A stretch of DNA of 64,000 nucleotides from Candidatus Bathyarchaeia archaeon (lineage in GTDB: Archaea; Thermoproteota; Bathyarchaeia; Bathyarchaeales; Bathycorpusculaceae), in NCBI GenBank assembly GCA_038882475.1, contig JAVZOF010000002.1, positions 9,781 to 73,780 on the forward strand, given 5' to 3'. Below the pieces are notes generated by a model, which saw only the letters and a list, made by a program, of their open reading frames with translations, was not told the DNA's origin and made no database searches. The stretch's first letter is position 1. Each line of letters begins with the position of its first letter. Shown in pieces: positions 30,130-39,717 of the stretch. Made by a program: the position numbers and the translations under genes.

Positions 30130-31812
30130 TTGCTTTCAGTAATTGTAATTCTGCTTGGCATAATACTGTACGCCATCGCCTACTGGGGATACATAAAATG
30201 GTTTGACAAAAACGTCATAATGTCGGACCCAAAACGAGAAACCCCAGCCCACACGTACATGGACGGAGTAGAATTCTTCCCGACGAACAGATATGTACTT
30301 TTCGGATTCCAGTGGAAAAGCATAGCAGCCCTAGGCCCTGTACTAGGCCCCATCATCGGCGTTCAATGGGGATGGTTGCCAGCGCTTCTATGGATTTTAT
30401 TCGGAACTATTTTCATAGGCTGGATCCATGATTATGGAAGCCTAATGGTTTCTACAAGATCAGAAGGTTCATCATTCGGCCCAATAACCTACGAATTAGT
30501 TTCGCCGAGGGCCCGAACAATTTTGCTATGGTATATTCTTTGGTACATCGTTTTAATCCTCTCATCCTTCACCAACGTCGTTGCAGGCTTATTTATAAGC
30601 TACACTGTAAGCCCGATACCGGTGCTTATAGTTACAATAGTGGGAATGCTGGCGGGTTACATGACATACAAACTTAAAGTTAACATCGTTTACACCACAA
30701 TTATCGCTGTAATAATAATGTTTTTAGGGATATGGGTTGGCATAGTTCAACCCGTCTCGGCTCCATTACCCGCCACAGGTCCGTTTCCAAACGCCAGAGA
30801 CTTTTGGATGTTTATAACGCTGTTCTTCTGTTTTCTTGGAGCTGTCTTGCCAATATGGGTTTTCATTCAACCAATTAACTATCTCTCCTTCTACTTGGTA
30901 TACGCGGGCATCATAGGCATAATCATTGGAGCTTTCGCAGGCGCTCCCAACTTCGTACAAGTGCCTACTACAACTTTCTGGACTACGGGAACATGGGCAG
31001 CCTCAGCAGCTATAGGGCCTTTATGGCCAATGATGTTTGTAACAATCGCTTGCGGAGCGATATCCGGATGGCACAGCTTAATCGGCTCTTCCATTACAGC
31101 AAAACAACTTGACGCGGAGCCAGACGCACACTTTGTAGGTGGCGGCGCAATGCTAGCGGAGGGAATACTGGCAACAGTTGCCCTAGTTACATGCGCAATT
31201 CTTGACCCAAGCGTAGCAGCAGCCACAGGAGCAGGCGGAATATTTGTCAAAGGTGGATCAACACTTCTAGGGTATATAGGGATTCCGACAAATGTGGGGA
31301 ACGCGTTAACATCAGTCATGCTGATCATTTTGGCTATAACAATCATGCACATAGGTCTAAGAATTACTAGACTGGTGTTGTCTGACCTAGCTGGACCGCG
31401 AATGGGTGGGATCTTTAAAAACAAGTATATTAGCGCCATCCTAGTGTGTATAGTTGTTTACCTTATAACAAGTCCACACGTCGGCGCAGTTTTTAGCTAT
31501 ATCTGGGGAACATTTGGCGGAGCAAATCAGCTGATGGCTGGACTGGCCCTAATGATCGTGTCGCTGTGGCTTACAAAGGAGAAGCGCCCAACAATTTACA
31601 CGTTGATTCCAATGCTTTTCATGCTGGCAACCACTCTGTCGGCGTTAGCTTTCCTTTCCTACAACGGAGTTATAGGGTATATGGCAGACCCAACAAAAAT
31701 AGGAGCGTTAATAGCTGCCGCCGTGAACATTTTTCTATTAATTCTTGGACTTTTCATGTGTTATGAGGGAGCCAAAGCCTTTCAGAAGTTAAGAGCGGCG
31801 AAGACCGCCTAA
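30130..31812 (+). CDS. cstA: Carbon starvation protein A (CstA)-family transporter
   Basis: TPAH..DGVEF.P, VLFG..SIA..GP, WGWLPALLW, IACGAISGWHSL, FGGANQLMA; many TM helices. Confidence 0.92.
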   Translation: MLSVIVILLGIILYAIAYWGYIKWFDKNVIMSDPKRETPAHTYMDGVEFFPTNRYVLFGFQWKSIAALGPVLGPIIGVQWGWLPALLWILFGTIFIGWIHDYGSLMVSTRSEGSSFGPITYELVSPRARTILLWYILWYIVLILSSFTNVVAGLFISYTVSPIPVLIVTIVGMLAGYMTYKLKVNIVYTTIIAVIIMFLGIWVGIVQPVSAPLPATGPFPNARDFWMFITLFFCFLGAVLPIWVFIQPINYLSFYLVYAGIIGIIIGAFAGAPNFVQVPTTTFWTTGTWAASAAIGPLWPMMFVTIACGAISGWHSLIGSSITAKQLDAEPDAHFVGGGAMLAEGILATVALVTCAILDPSVAAATGAGGIFVKGGSTLLGYIGIPTNVGNALTSVMLIILAITIMHIGLRITRLVLSDLAGPRMGGIFKNKYISAILVCIVVYLITSPHVGAVFSYIWGTFGGANQLMAGLALMIVSLWLTKEKRPTIYTLIPMLFMLATTLSALAFLSYNGVIGYMADPTKIGALIAAAVNIFLLILGLFMCYEGAKAFQKLRAAKTA

Positions 31813-31825
31813 ATTTCCCCTATTT

Positions 31826-32830
31826 TTATTTTTTGGCTAAAGCCTCTGCAACGCAAGCAATCATTTTTAAGCCTGTTACTTCCGTTTCAAATAGGGGCAC
31901 GTACCCGCGAACCATTCCTGGAAACTTTTCATGAATAATTTTTAGATAGCCATCTTGTTCCCTTATTTTATTAACAATATAAGGTGAAGTGTTTTTTAGG
32001 TCAAACTCCTCTTTTGGCAGAACCTCATTCACTATTACTCCGCCTGTTGGGATGTCGAAGGCTTGAACCCAGCCGATGAAGCGTTCAATGACTGCTATTG
32101 GAAGCGAAAGTGGCAAAGTTACAAAGAAGAAGGCAGTTCGCTCCTTATCCGTCAAGAACACACGTCCCTTCTCTGTTTTTTCTCTGGTAGCCAAGAGGCT
32201 AGCAAGAAGAGGATCCTTCTTTATTTCTTCCATAATTTTATCTTTCCGGAAAGACAGCTTTACACGAAGCGAGAGAGCTTCCTCTCGGCTTTTAATCATT
32301 TTATGCAGCCAAAGATCATAGACTTTTGACATACCAAGAAGGCGGTAGGTATGGGCTACTGGCGCTGTGTCGAAAACATAAGCGTCAAATTCGCCCTTTA
32401 ATATTAGGCCAACCATGTCGTCAAACATGGCTGACTCCTCAAAGGCAGGATTGGTGGTGGCAATATCCACAAAAGGCTCTGGGTCTAGTGGAATATCGGC
32501 ATATTTAAGGAAAGTGTAAATCTTTTCCCGTATCTCATTTTTATATCTCTCGATAGTGTCTGAAACGTCAATCTCAACTGCGTAAAGATTCTTTGTTCCC
32601 TCAATTTTTTGAATGCCCTTGCCCCAAATGTCCTTACCAAAGGCGCTTGAAAGGCTATGGACGGGGTTTGTGGAAGAAATTAATGTTTTTCTCCCAAGTT
32701 TTTCAGCTAAATAATAGGCTGTTCCTGCTGCCACCACAGTTTTGCCTACGCCGCCTTTCCCTCCGAAAAACAGGTATTTAAGATTCGATTTTGAGGCAAT
32801 GTAATCGCTAAAACTTACATTTTTGCTCAT
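31826..32830 (-). CDS. Get3/ArsA-family ATPase, switch I Asp replaced by Asn
   Basis: GGKGGVGKT, STNPVHSL, FDTAPVAH, IVNEV. Confidence 0.9.
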   Translation of the reverse strand: MSKNVSFSDYIASKSNLKYLFFGGKGGVGKTVVAAGTAYYLAEKLGRKTLISSTNPVHSLSSAFGKDIWGKGIQKIEGTKNLYAVEIDVSDTIERYKNEIREKIYTFLKYADIPLDPEPFVDIATTNPAFEESAMFDDMVGLILKGEFDAYVFDTAPVAHTYRLLGMSKVYDLWLHKMIKSREEALSLRVKLSFRKDKIMEEIKKDPLLASLLATREKTEKGRVFLTDKERTAFFFVTLPLSLPIAVIERFIGWVQAFDIPTGGVIVNEVLPKEEFDLKNTSPYIVNKIREQDGYLKIIHEKFPGMVRGYVPLFETEVTGLKMIACVAEALAKK

Positions 32831-32832
32831 GG

Positions 32833-33822
32833 TTATGCCTCTCCAAACAGAACTTTAGCTACTTCAGGGATCATTTTAAGTCCTTTAGGTTCACGGTCAA
32901 ACATATGCACAACTCCACGGATAAGCGGTCCAAACTCTTTCTGAATGGTTTTCATATGCTCCTGCTGCATAGTTATTTTGTTTTTAAGAAAGGCTGGAAT
33001 GTTCTTTTGCTTTAAGAGTTCAACAGGATATACTTGATTCACTATAACTCCGCTTAAAGGTATGTTAAACTCCCTAAACATTTCCAAAGCCCTTTTTGTG
33101 TCGAGTATCGGCATAAGCTCTGGTATAAGAACGTAGAAAAAGGCCGTGTGCTCTTGATCTCTCATCATGTTGCTGACGAAGCCTAATCTTGAACGGATAA
33201 AATCCAACTCTTCTAGGATTTTGTCTTCTTGAGCTAAGCTGCCTTTCCCACTCATAACTGCGGCTACATCGCCATATTCAGCAGCTTTCTTTCTCGTTTC
33301 AACTATTTTGTTAACCCATGCGTCGAGTATTTCCGACATGCCGAGAAATCGTATGGCATGCCCATGAGGCATCATATCGAAAATATAGTAATCGTAAGCC
33401 TCGCTTGTCATTAACTCAACCATAGCATCAAACGTCGCTGACTCCGCCATTGCGGGTTCAGCGGCAGATGACTTAATGTAGTCTTCCACCTCTTTGGGGA
33501 CCTCCCCATACATTTTGATTATCTTCTGTCTTATCTCCTCTTGGTAATCGGCTATTCTCTTGTCGGCGTCAATCTCTAAGGCGAAAAGGTTAGAGGTTAT
33601 TTCAACTTCTCCCTTGCCAAAAATGTTCCTCTCAAAAATGTCTGTGAGGCTGGCTTGCGGGTCTGTAGAGAAAACCACAACTTTTTTGCCTCTTTTGGCA
33701 AGCCAGTATGCAGTTGCTGCAGACAAAGTTGTTTTGCCTAAACCCCCCTTGCCGCCGAAGAGAATATACTTTATGGTTGGGCGACTCATTAAATACTCCT
33801 TTATCGACACAGCCTTTGACAA
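32833..33822 (-). CDS. Get3/ArsA-family ATPase, atypical switch II
   Basis: GGKGGLGKTT, STDPQASL, FDMMPHGH, IVNQV. Confidence 0.9.
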   Translation of the reverse strand: MSKAVSIKEYLMSRPTIKYILFGGKGGLGKTTLSAATAYWLAKRGKKVVVFSTDPQASLTDIFERNIFGKGEVEITSNLFALEIDADKRIADYQEEIRQKIIKMYGEVPKEVEDYIKSSAAEPAMAESATFDAMVELMTSEAYDYYIFDMMPHGHAIRFLGMSEILDAWVNKIVETRKKAAEYGDVAAVMSGKGSLAQEDKILEELDFIRSRLGFVSNMMRDQEHTAFFYVLIPELMPILDTKRALEMFREFNIPLSGVIVNQVYPVELLKQKNIPAFLKNKITMQQEHMKTIQKEFGPLIRGVVHMFDREPKGLKMIPEVAKVLFGEA

Positions 33823-33839
33823 GCCCTAAGTCCTCCTTT

Positions 33840-34127
33840 CTAGGCAAAAACGGAGTCTGTCACATCGCGTTCCCTTAGTAGTGTCCGCTTCCACGTCTTA
33901 ATATGCGGCACACAGTAGGGCAAGAGTCTAAGACAGTAGTATGGGGGCAACACTGGAACGCCCAGCATATCGCCCATTGTAATGAGCATGAAAAGGTTTT
34001 CCAAATGCATCCTTGTTTTTAAGGCATAGCTCACCATGCCATGCATAGCCATGCCATAAACCAAGCCCTTAACGGCTTTCTTAACTTCGCTTTCCTTCTT
34101 CTCCTCATTTGTTTCTTTTTTGGTCAT
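33840..34127 (-). CDS. Small protein of the CstA/ArsA-associated type
   Basis: LFMLITMGDMLG.P...YY.LRLLPY; paralog of the next ORF. Confidence 0.8.
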   Translation of the reverse strand: MTKKETNEEKKESEVKKAVKGLVYGMAMHGMVSYALKTRMHLENLFMLITMGDMLGVPVLPPYYCLRLLPYCVPHIKTWKRTLLRERDVTDSVFA

Positions 34128-34193
34128 AGTTTTTCACTTCAAGAATATGGAAAGCTCATTTGGGATAAAAATGTTATTATAACTTCCATAGTT

Positions 34194-34460
34194 CTACAGT
34201 TTCTCTGTTACATCCTTCTCTTTTAGAAGAAAAGTTTTCCACTCTTTAAGCCTAGGAAGCCAGTATGGAAGAAGCCTCAAACGGTAATAGGTGGAAAATG
34301 GATACCCAAGCATGTCGCCCAGCACAGCAAGCATCAATCCGTATTCCATGAGCAGTCTTCTCTCTTGAAAGTCTCTGATGGCGCTGTAAACTGTTGCACC
34401 AATGACGAAGTCTTTAATCTTCCGCAAAAACCCAGAGGTTGGACCGTTTTTAGCTGTCAA
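34194..34460 (-). CDS. Small protein of the CstA/ArsA-associated type (paralog)
   Basis: LMLAVLGDMLGYP..YYRLRLLPY...WK..LL.E.DVT shared with 33840..34127. Confidence 0.78.
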   Translation of the reverse strand: MTAKNGPTSGFLRKIKDFVIGATVYSAIRDFQERRLLMEYGLMLAVLGDMLGYPFSTYYRLRLLPYWLPRLKEWKTFLLKEKDVTEKL

Positions 34461-34538
34461 ATTTAACCTTCCAAATTAAACTTAAATTTGCAGCCGAATA
34501 TAACTTTACCTCAACATCGCCTTGGAAGGGAATAGGAG

Positions 34539-35696
34539 ATGTTTGAAAGGGAAATCCTCATGATTCCCGGTCCAACAAACGTTGACCCCAAAGTTTTACG
34601 CGCTTTAAGCACGTCAACCACATCTCACACAAGCCAAGAATTTGCAAGCATATTCAAAGAAGCCTTAAACAATTTGAAAAAGGTTTTCATGACCAGCAAT
34701 GAAGTTTTCGTAATTGCTGGGTCTGGAACATTGGCTTTGGAAATGGCTATCGCAAACATTGTAGAACCCGGCGATAAGGTGCTTAACACTGTTTCAGGGT
34801 TTTTCGGCAACTATTTTGTTGAAATATCGAAAGTTTACGGCGCTGTGCCCCGTGTTCTTGAAGTGCCTTGGGGTAAACCCGTAAAACCTGAACACGTTAG
34901 AGAAGCCCTAATGGAAGACGATTACAAGGCTGTTACGGTTACGCATGTGGAAACTTCAACTGGTGTGGCTAACCCGATTAAGGAGATAGGAGAAGTTGTT
35001 AAGAAATACAGCGACGCCTTCTACATAGTTGACACTGTTTGTTCGCTTGGTGGGATGGAAGTTCGCGTTGACGAATGGGGCATAGACGCTTGCGCTTCGG
35101 GCTCCCAGAAATGCGTCGGCGTGCCACCGGGTTTAGCCCTTATTGCAGTAAGCCAAAAAACTTTAGAATATTTAGAAAAACGCAAAACCTCTGTAGGCTC
35201 TTGGTATGGAAGCTTCAAAAATTGGCTTCCAGTAATGAGGGACCCTACAAAATATTTCGCAACACCGCCTGTAAACATGGTTTACGCCCTTCATGAAGCT
35301 TTAAAACTCATAATTGAAGAGGGATTGGAGAATAGATTTAGAAGGCATTATGCTTTGGCAGAGGCTTTTAGAGCTGCTGTAAACGCTTTAAACCTTAACC
35401 TTATAGCTGAAAAGGAAAATGCCGCCAACACTGTTTCAGCCATATACTATCCAGAAAACATTGACGACCCCCAATTCAGAAACGAAATGAAAAAACGCGG
35501 AATAATCGTTGCTTCAACATTGGGACCATTAAAGGGAAAAGGCTTCAGAGTGGGTCACATGGGAAACGTGAATCAAAACGATATATTTGCCACAATAACT
35601 GCCATAGAAACAACGCTTAAAAAGCTAGGATACAAGGTGGAACTGGGGAATGGAGCTGCAGCCGCACAAGAAAAACTGCTTTCACTGGAGCAATAA
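34539..35696 (+). CDS. Class V PLP aminotransferase (alanine--glyoxylate/serine--pyruvate type)
   Basis: LMIPGP, HVETSTG, SGSQKC, FRVGHMG. Confidence 0.92.
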   Translation: MFEREILMIPGPTNVDPKVLRALSTSTTSHTSQEFASIFKEALNNLKKVFMTSNEVFVIAGSGTLALEMAIANIVEPGDKVLNTVSGFFGNYFVEISKVYGAVPRVLEVPWGKPVKPEHVREALMEDDYKAVTVTHVETSTGVANPIKEIGEVVKKYSDAFYIVDTVCSLGGMEVRVDEWGIDACASGSQKCVGVPPGLALIAVSQKTLEYLEKRKTSVGSWYGSFKNWLPVMRDPTKYFATPPVNMVYALHEALKLIIEEGLENRFRRHYALAEAFRAAVNALNLNLIAEKENAANTVSAIYYPENIDDPQFRNEMKKRGIIVASTLGPLKGKGFRVGHMGNVNQNDIFATITAIETTLKKLGYKVELGNGAAAAQEKLLSLEQ

Positions 35697-35739
35697 ACGC
35701 TTGCTTAAACGTGAAACACCTAAATGTCACGGATGAAAA

Positions 35740-36363
35740 ATGGAACCTATAACAGACTTTTACCTGTTTTTAGCATCTGTAGCGTTGGTTTCCTTGTCAG
35801 GGGTTATGATGCCTGGACCAGTATTTGCAGTGACAGTTGCAAAGGGGTATGGAAGTAAAAAAGCTGGAACTTTGATAGCCATTGGGCATGGAGCAATAGA
35901 GTTTCCACTAATTTTCCTCTTGTACCTAGGGCTTTCAGAGCTTTTCCGCTCCATCCTAGTTCAAAGGACTATAAGCTTTCTCGGAGGCTTAATCCTCATC
36001 TACATGGGTTTTCAAATGTTTAAAACGCGGAAAAAGGCGAGCGAAGAGCCGCGGCATTCCGGGCACACCTCTTTTGTCGCAGGTTTTGTCGCAACTGGTG
36101 CAAATCCATACTTTTTCCTCTGGTGGGCAACCGTAGGCGCTGCTCTCATCCTTAATGCTTCCATTTTTGGTTTTGCCGGGTTAATTGCGTTTGCAGTAGT
36201 TCATTGGCTTTGCGACCTTCTCTGGGATACATTTGTTTCTGTGACGGTTTTCAAGTCGCGGCGCTTCTGGACAAAGAAAGTTTTTAACATTGTATTCTTT
36301 TTCTGCTTTGCAATCTTAGCGATTTTCGGTTTATGGTTTATCCTTTCAGCGTTTTCATGGTAG
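35740..36363 (+). CDS. LysE-family translocator
   Basis: SLSGVMMPGP, NPYFFLWW, TM pattern. Confidence 0.88.
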   Translation: MEPITDFYLFLASVALVSLSGVMMPGPVFAVTVAKGYGSKKAGTLIAIGHGAIEFPLIFLLYLGLSELFRSILVQRTISFLGGLILIYMGFQMFKTRKKASEEPRHSGHTSFVAGFVATGANPYFFLWWATVGAALILNASIFGFAGLIAFAVVHWLCDLLWDTFVSVTVFKSRRFWTKKVFNIVFFFCFAILAIFGLWFILSAFSW

Positions 36364-37725
36364 GTGGCTTACTTTTTTCAGTCTATACCGCTCATAGATC
36401 AGTTCCACACCGCCATTTTCCACAATGAACTCTATTGGAAGTTTTCCACCCGACTGTATTGCATAAAACTTTTTCATGCTGCCTTCTAAGTTTTCGGGGA
36501 TAAGCGAAATCACCATGTCAGTGTATTTGTCGCAGATTTCTATTTGAAGGATGCCTCCCTTGGCTGAAACTTTGGCTTCCATGGTTCCCTTATAAGTTTC
36601 GTACATTCCGCTTAGCAGTTCATATGTTTTCTCCATTTTGAGGAAGGGAAGCTCTTCAGGATTTTTACCCAGTATCATAGCAAGCGCATATTGTCCAATC
36701 TGGGAGAGCGGGTAGCCGCTTCCATTGGCTAAAAGGGCAACTCCCACGTTCTTTTCTGGAACATATCCAATGTAAGCGGTGTAAACAAGCACTGAGCCAC
36801 CGTGTCCTACAAGTTTGTAGCCGAAAAAGTTTGGAATTATGCTTAGTCCGTAGCCGTAGGCTTCTCCGCCGAAAACTTGGAGTGGTAACTTAACCCTAGG
36901 CTTCTCCATTTCCTCAACAGATTCCAGCGATACTACAGCATGCCCATTATGTCTTCCGCGGTTCAAATACATGAGTATGTAGCGTGCCAAATCGATAACG
37001 TTGCTTATTAATCCACCGTCGGCAAATATGCCGTATGGATGCTTGGACTCTTTACATTCACCATCTCTGGTGACAATGTAAGGCGTAGCCACATTGGCAT
37101 CTGCCTCCACATCTTCTTTCTTGAAAAAACTTCTATACATTTGCAGAGGCTCAAGTATATTCGCTTTAACATACTTGTCATAGCTCATACCAGAAACTTT
37201 TTCGATAACATGCCCTAAAATGACGTAGCCTTCATTCAAGTAGAACCATCTTTTCCCAGGTTTAGAAAAAGCCCAACTGTCTGCTTCACGCATGAAAGTA
37301 AATAGGTCTTCCGAACTTGCTATGGGAATCCATTTGCCGCCAGCTCCGGTTACGTATCGGATTAAAGCTTCTGCATAGGCTAAGGCGGGTATGCCGGAAG
37401 CGTGGCAAAGCAGATGCCATATCCTTATAGGCTCGTCTTTAGCCTTAAGCTTTAATGGAATATACTTACTGATAGGTTCATCAAGGCTTAGCTTTCCCTT
37501 TTCAGCAAGCTGCATTATAGACAAGGCTGTGAAGGACTTTGTGACAGAACCTACTCCGTAAAGGGTTTCAGGTGTCGCCCTAAGACCGTATTCAAGGTCT
37601 CTAAAACAGAAGCCCTTACTATAGGCTAGTTCTCCATCTTCAATTATTGCTAGGCTTAATCCCGGAAGATGGGTTTTAGAAATTTTTTCAAAAATGAAGG
37701 CTTCCAGTTTTTCATAATCCAACAT
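36355..37725 (-). CDS. Beta-lactamase-fold serine peptidase (Pab87/CubicO-like)
   Basis: SVTK (SxxK), YLN (YxN), HGG; C-terminal extension like the Pab87 oligomerisation domain. Confidence 0.88.
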   Translation of the reverse strand: MLDYEKLEAFIFEKISKTHLPGLSLAIIEDGELAYSKGFCFRDLEYGLRATPETLYGVGSVTKSFTALSIMQLAEKGKLSLDEPISKYIPLKLKAKDEPIRIWHLLCHASGIPALAYAEALIRYVTGAGGKWIPIASSEDLFTFMREADSWAFSKPGKRWFYLNEGYVILGHVIEKVSGMSYDKYVKANILEPLQMYRSFFKKEDVEADANVATPYIVTRDGECKESKHPYGIFADGGLISNVIDLARYILMYLNRGRHNGHAVVSLESVEEMEKPRVKLPLQVFGGEAYGYGLSIIPNFFGYKLVGHGGSVLVYTAYIGYVPEKNVGVALLANGSGYPLSQIGQYALAMILGKNPEELPFLKMEKTYELLSGMYETYKGTMEAKVSAKGGILQIEICDKYTDMVISLIPENLEGSMKKFYAIQSGGKLPIEFIVENGGVELIYERYRLKKVSHLP

Positions 37726-37813
37726 GTTTCACCGTTTCTTTCTATGAATCACTCGCTGATAAGCTTAAACTTTTAAAAGGTGAACTTCGCCACACATAGA
37801 ATGGTGTTGGGCA

Positions 37814-38389
37814 ATGACTGAAAACATTTGCGAATTTCAAATAGGGAAGGCGAAACTCTGCTTGGTTCAAGGAGACATAACAGAAATGGAAACAGACGCC
37901 ATAGTTAACGCCGCAAACCCTTCGCTCATGGGAGGTGGCGGAGTAGATGGAGCCATCCATCGAAAGGGTGGACCTAAAATCCTTGAAGAATGCAAACAAA
38001 TAAGAGCAACAGAATGGCCCAATGGACTTCCAACGGGAAAAGCCGCAATAACTTCGGGAGGAAAATTAAAGGCAAAATACGTCATCCACACTGTGGGACC
38101 AATCTGGCATGGAGGAAACAGCGGTGAACCAGAACTTTTGGCTGAAGCATATCGAAACTCTTTAAAGTTGGCTGTTTCAAAGAGCTTAAAAACCATAGCT
38201 TTTCCATCAATAAGCACCGGTGCTTATGGATATCCAATAGAAAAAGCTTGTAAAGTAGCCCTAAAAACGGTTAAGGAGTTTTTGGAAAAGGAAGATAAAC
38301 TTGAAAAAGTGATGCTTGTCTTATTTAGCAGACGGGACTTTGAGGTTTACAAAGAAGCGATAAAAGAAATTCTGCCACAGAAGTTTTAG
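37814..38389 (+). CDS. Macrodomain O-acetyl-ADP-ribose deacetylase
   Basis: GDIT, IVNAAN..LMGGGGVDGAIH, VIHTVGP, ISTGAYG. Confidence 0.93.
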   Translation: MTENICEFQIGKAKLCLVQGDITEMETDAIVNAANPSLMGGGGVDGAIHRKGGPKILEECKQIRATEWPNGLPTGKAAITSGGKLKAKYVIHTVGPIWHGGNSGEPELLAEAYRNSLKLAVSKSLKTIAFPSISTGAYGYPIEKACKVALKTVKEFLEKEDKLEKVMLVLFSRRDFEVYKEAIKEILPQKF

Positions 38390-38658
38390 CATTAGTACCT
38401 AATGTATACTTTGCCTCCAAGCTCTTCAACGCTTATTTTAAACTTTTCTAAAACTTGTTTCATTCTGTCATTGACTAAAATCCGCCAACCTCTTGGACCA
38501 CTGGGGACTTTCACTTCTATTATACAGTAATATTGCTCGCCCACTTGATTAACCTCGCAAACTTCCCCGAACAAAACATTGAAACGGAGACATTTAAGCC
38601 ATGCGAATTTAAAGTATGAATCATCTATATTCTAAAGTCGGATTCCGAATAAACACAG

Positions 38659-39274
38659 TTAATTTCCACCAAAATCACGCACTAAACACGGAACTATGCT
38701 CATATAAAACAAAATGCCTATATCGCTTGTAATTAAAAACGGATCTATGTAGGCAATTAACGTTTTTCCATAAACATCCGTCTTAATCCTCCAAAATCTT
38801 TTCAAGTCTTTTTCAGCAAGCCTCCTCCTCTCTTCCATGTTAGACTGCACCGCAAGTTCAATGGATTTTAGATAGAAATCGGTTATGGAATAATTTACCA
38901 ATCGTAAATTGAATTTTAACTCCTTATCGCCGAGTTTTTCCTGCGTTCTGAGGCTGGCGATTATGGCGTTTCTAAAGTCTTTTAGGCTTTCCTCTTTCAA
39001 AACTAGTAGTGGGCAGATAAAGCATAAGCTTGAAAAAGCGAGTCCACAACAGGGTTTTCGTCAATTTTTGGCAAAGTTAATAGCTTCTTCCACTTCAACT
39101 CAAGCCCCAGAGTTTCAGAAACCCCTAGTTCTCTATACTTAAACTTCTTTTTAAGCCAGTCCATTTCTGCTTTTGGAGAATTCCTTTTGAAAAGTAGACT
39201 ATTCCCCTAAGGTTTTTCACTAAATAGGGATGAAAAGGTTTTGAGATTCCGCACACAATAAAAGACTTATGCCT
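38659..39274 (-). pseudogene. Probable frameshifted hypothetical gene
   Basis: Three protein-like segments in successive frames (HKSFIVCGISKPFHPYLVKNLRGIVYF / MDWLKKKFKYRELG / CFICPLLVLKEESL) join through two apparent shifts near 39180 and 39025. Confidence 0.45.
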
Positions 39275-39313
39275 TCCTTAAAGTCTTAAACTTTTACTTG
39301 GTTTTTAAAAAGA

Positions 39314-39629
39314 GGCTGGCGTGTTGGCTGTAACCCGCCTTCTGTTTTATGTGGCATCCGGCTAATCGGGCTACCCGCGCCTAAGGTAGACTCTTCATCA
39401 GCGCTTGTTTGCCCTTTCCACGTGCAGGACGGCCGTTTCACCGTTTCCACCCAGCATTCTCAACAACTTAGCATGTTTCATAGGCATCTTGCCCGGGTGG
39501 ACGTTTCGTTTCTGCTCCGTTGCCAAGGCTCTCGCCTTACGCCCTTACGGGCGTTGCACTTCTACATGTGGGCGGAGTTTCCTCAGGCTTCATAAGTCAG
39601 CCCGAAGGCCGCACGCCAACTCGCCAGCC
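39314..39629 (-). ncRNA. rnpB: RNase P RNA
   Basis: Reverse strand has GAGGAAACUCC (CR I), GCAGAAACG, GUGAAACGG, ACAGAAGGCGGGUUA (CR V); ends pair (GGCUGGCG/CGCCAGCC). Confidence 0.95.
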
Positions 39630-39717
39630 ATGAGATATGTCACGTGGCGGGTGCAATAAAAGTTTTGGAAAATTTATTTTGATGCAAGTGTTTATGGTTT
39701 GCAGGTTGGTTGAAGTT

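Noticed and set aside
31826-33822. Arsenic-resistance operon
   Set aside because: No arsB/acr3/arsC/arsD/arsR in the window, and the ATPases lack metalloid-binding cysteines
33840-34460. Small paralogs as Asterix (PAT10) homologs
   Set aside because: Only size and a weak hydrophobic pattern agree; too little to claim without a profile search
38392-38574. 60-aa ORF downstream of the macrodomain gene
   Set aside because: TTG start without a clear RBS and no recognisable motif; may be a remnant but cannot be supported
39405-39717. 84-aa ORF and N-terminal extension of the kinase
   Set aside because: They overlap the RNase P RNA gene and its promoter region
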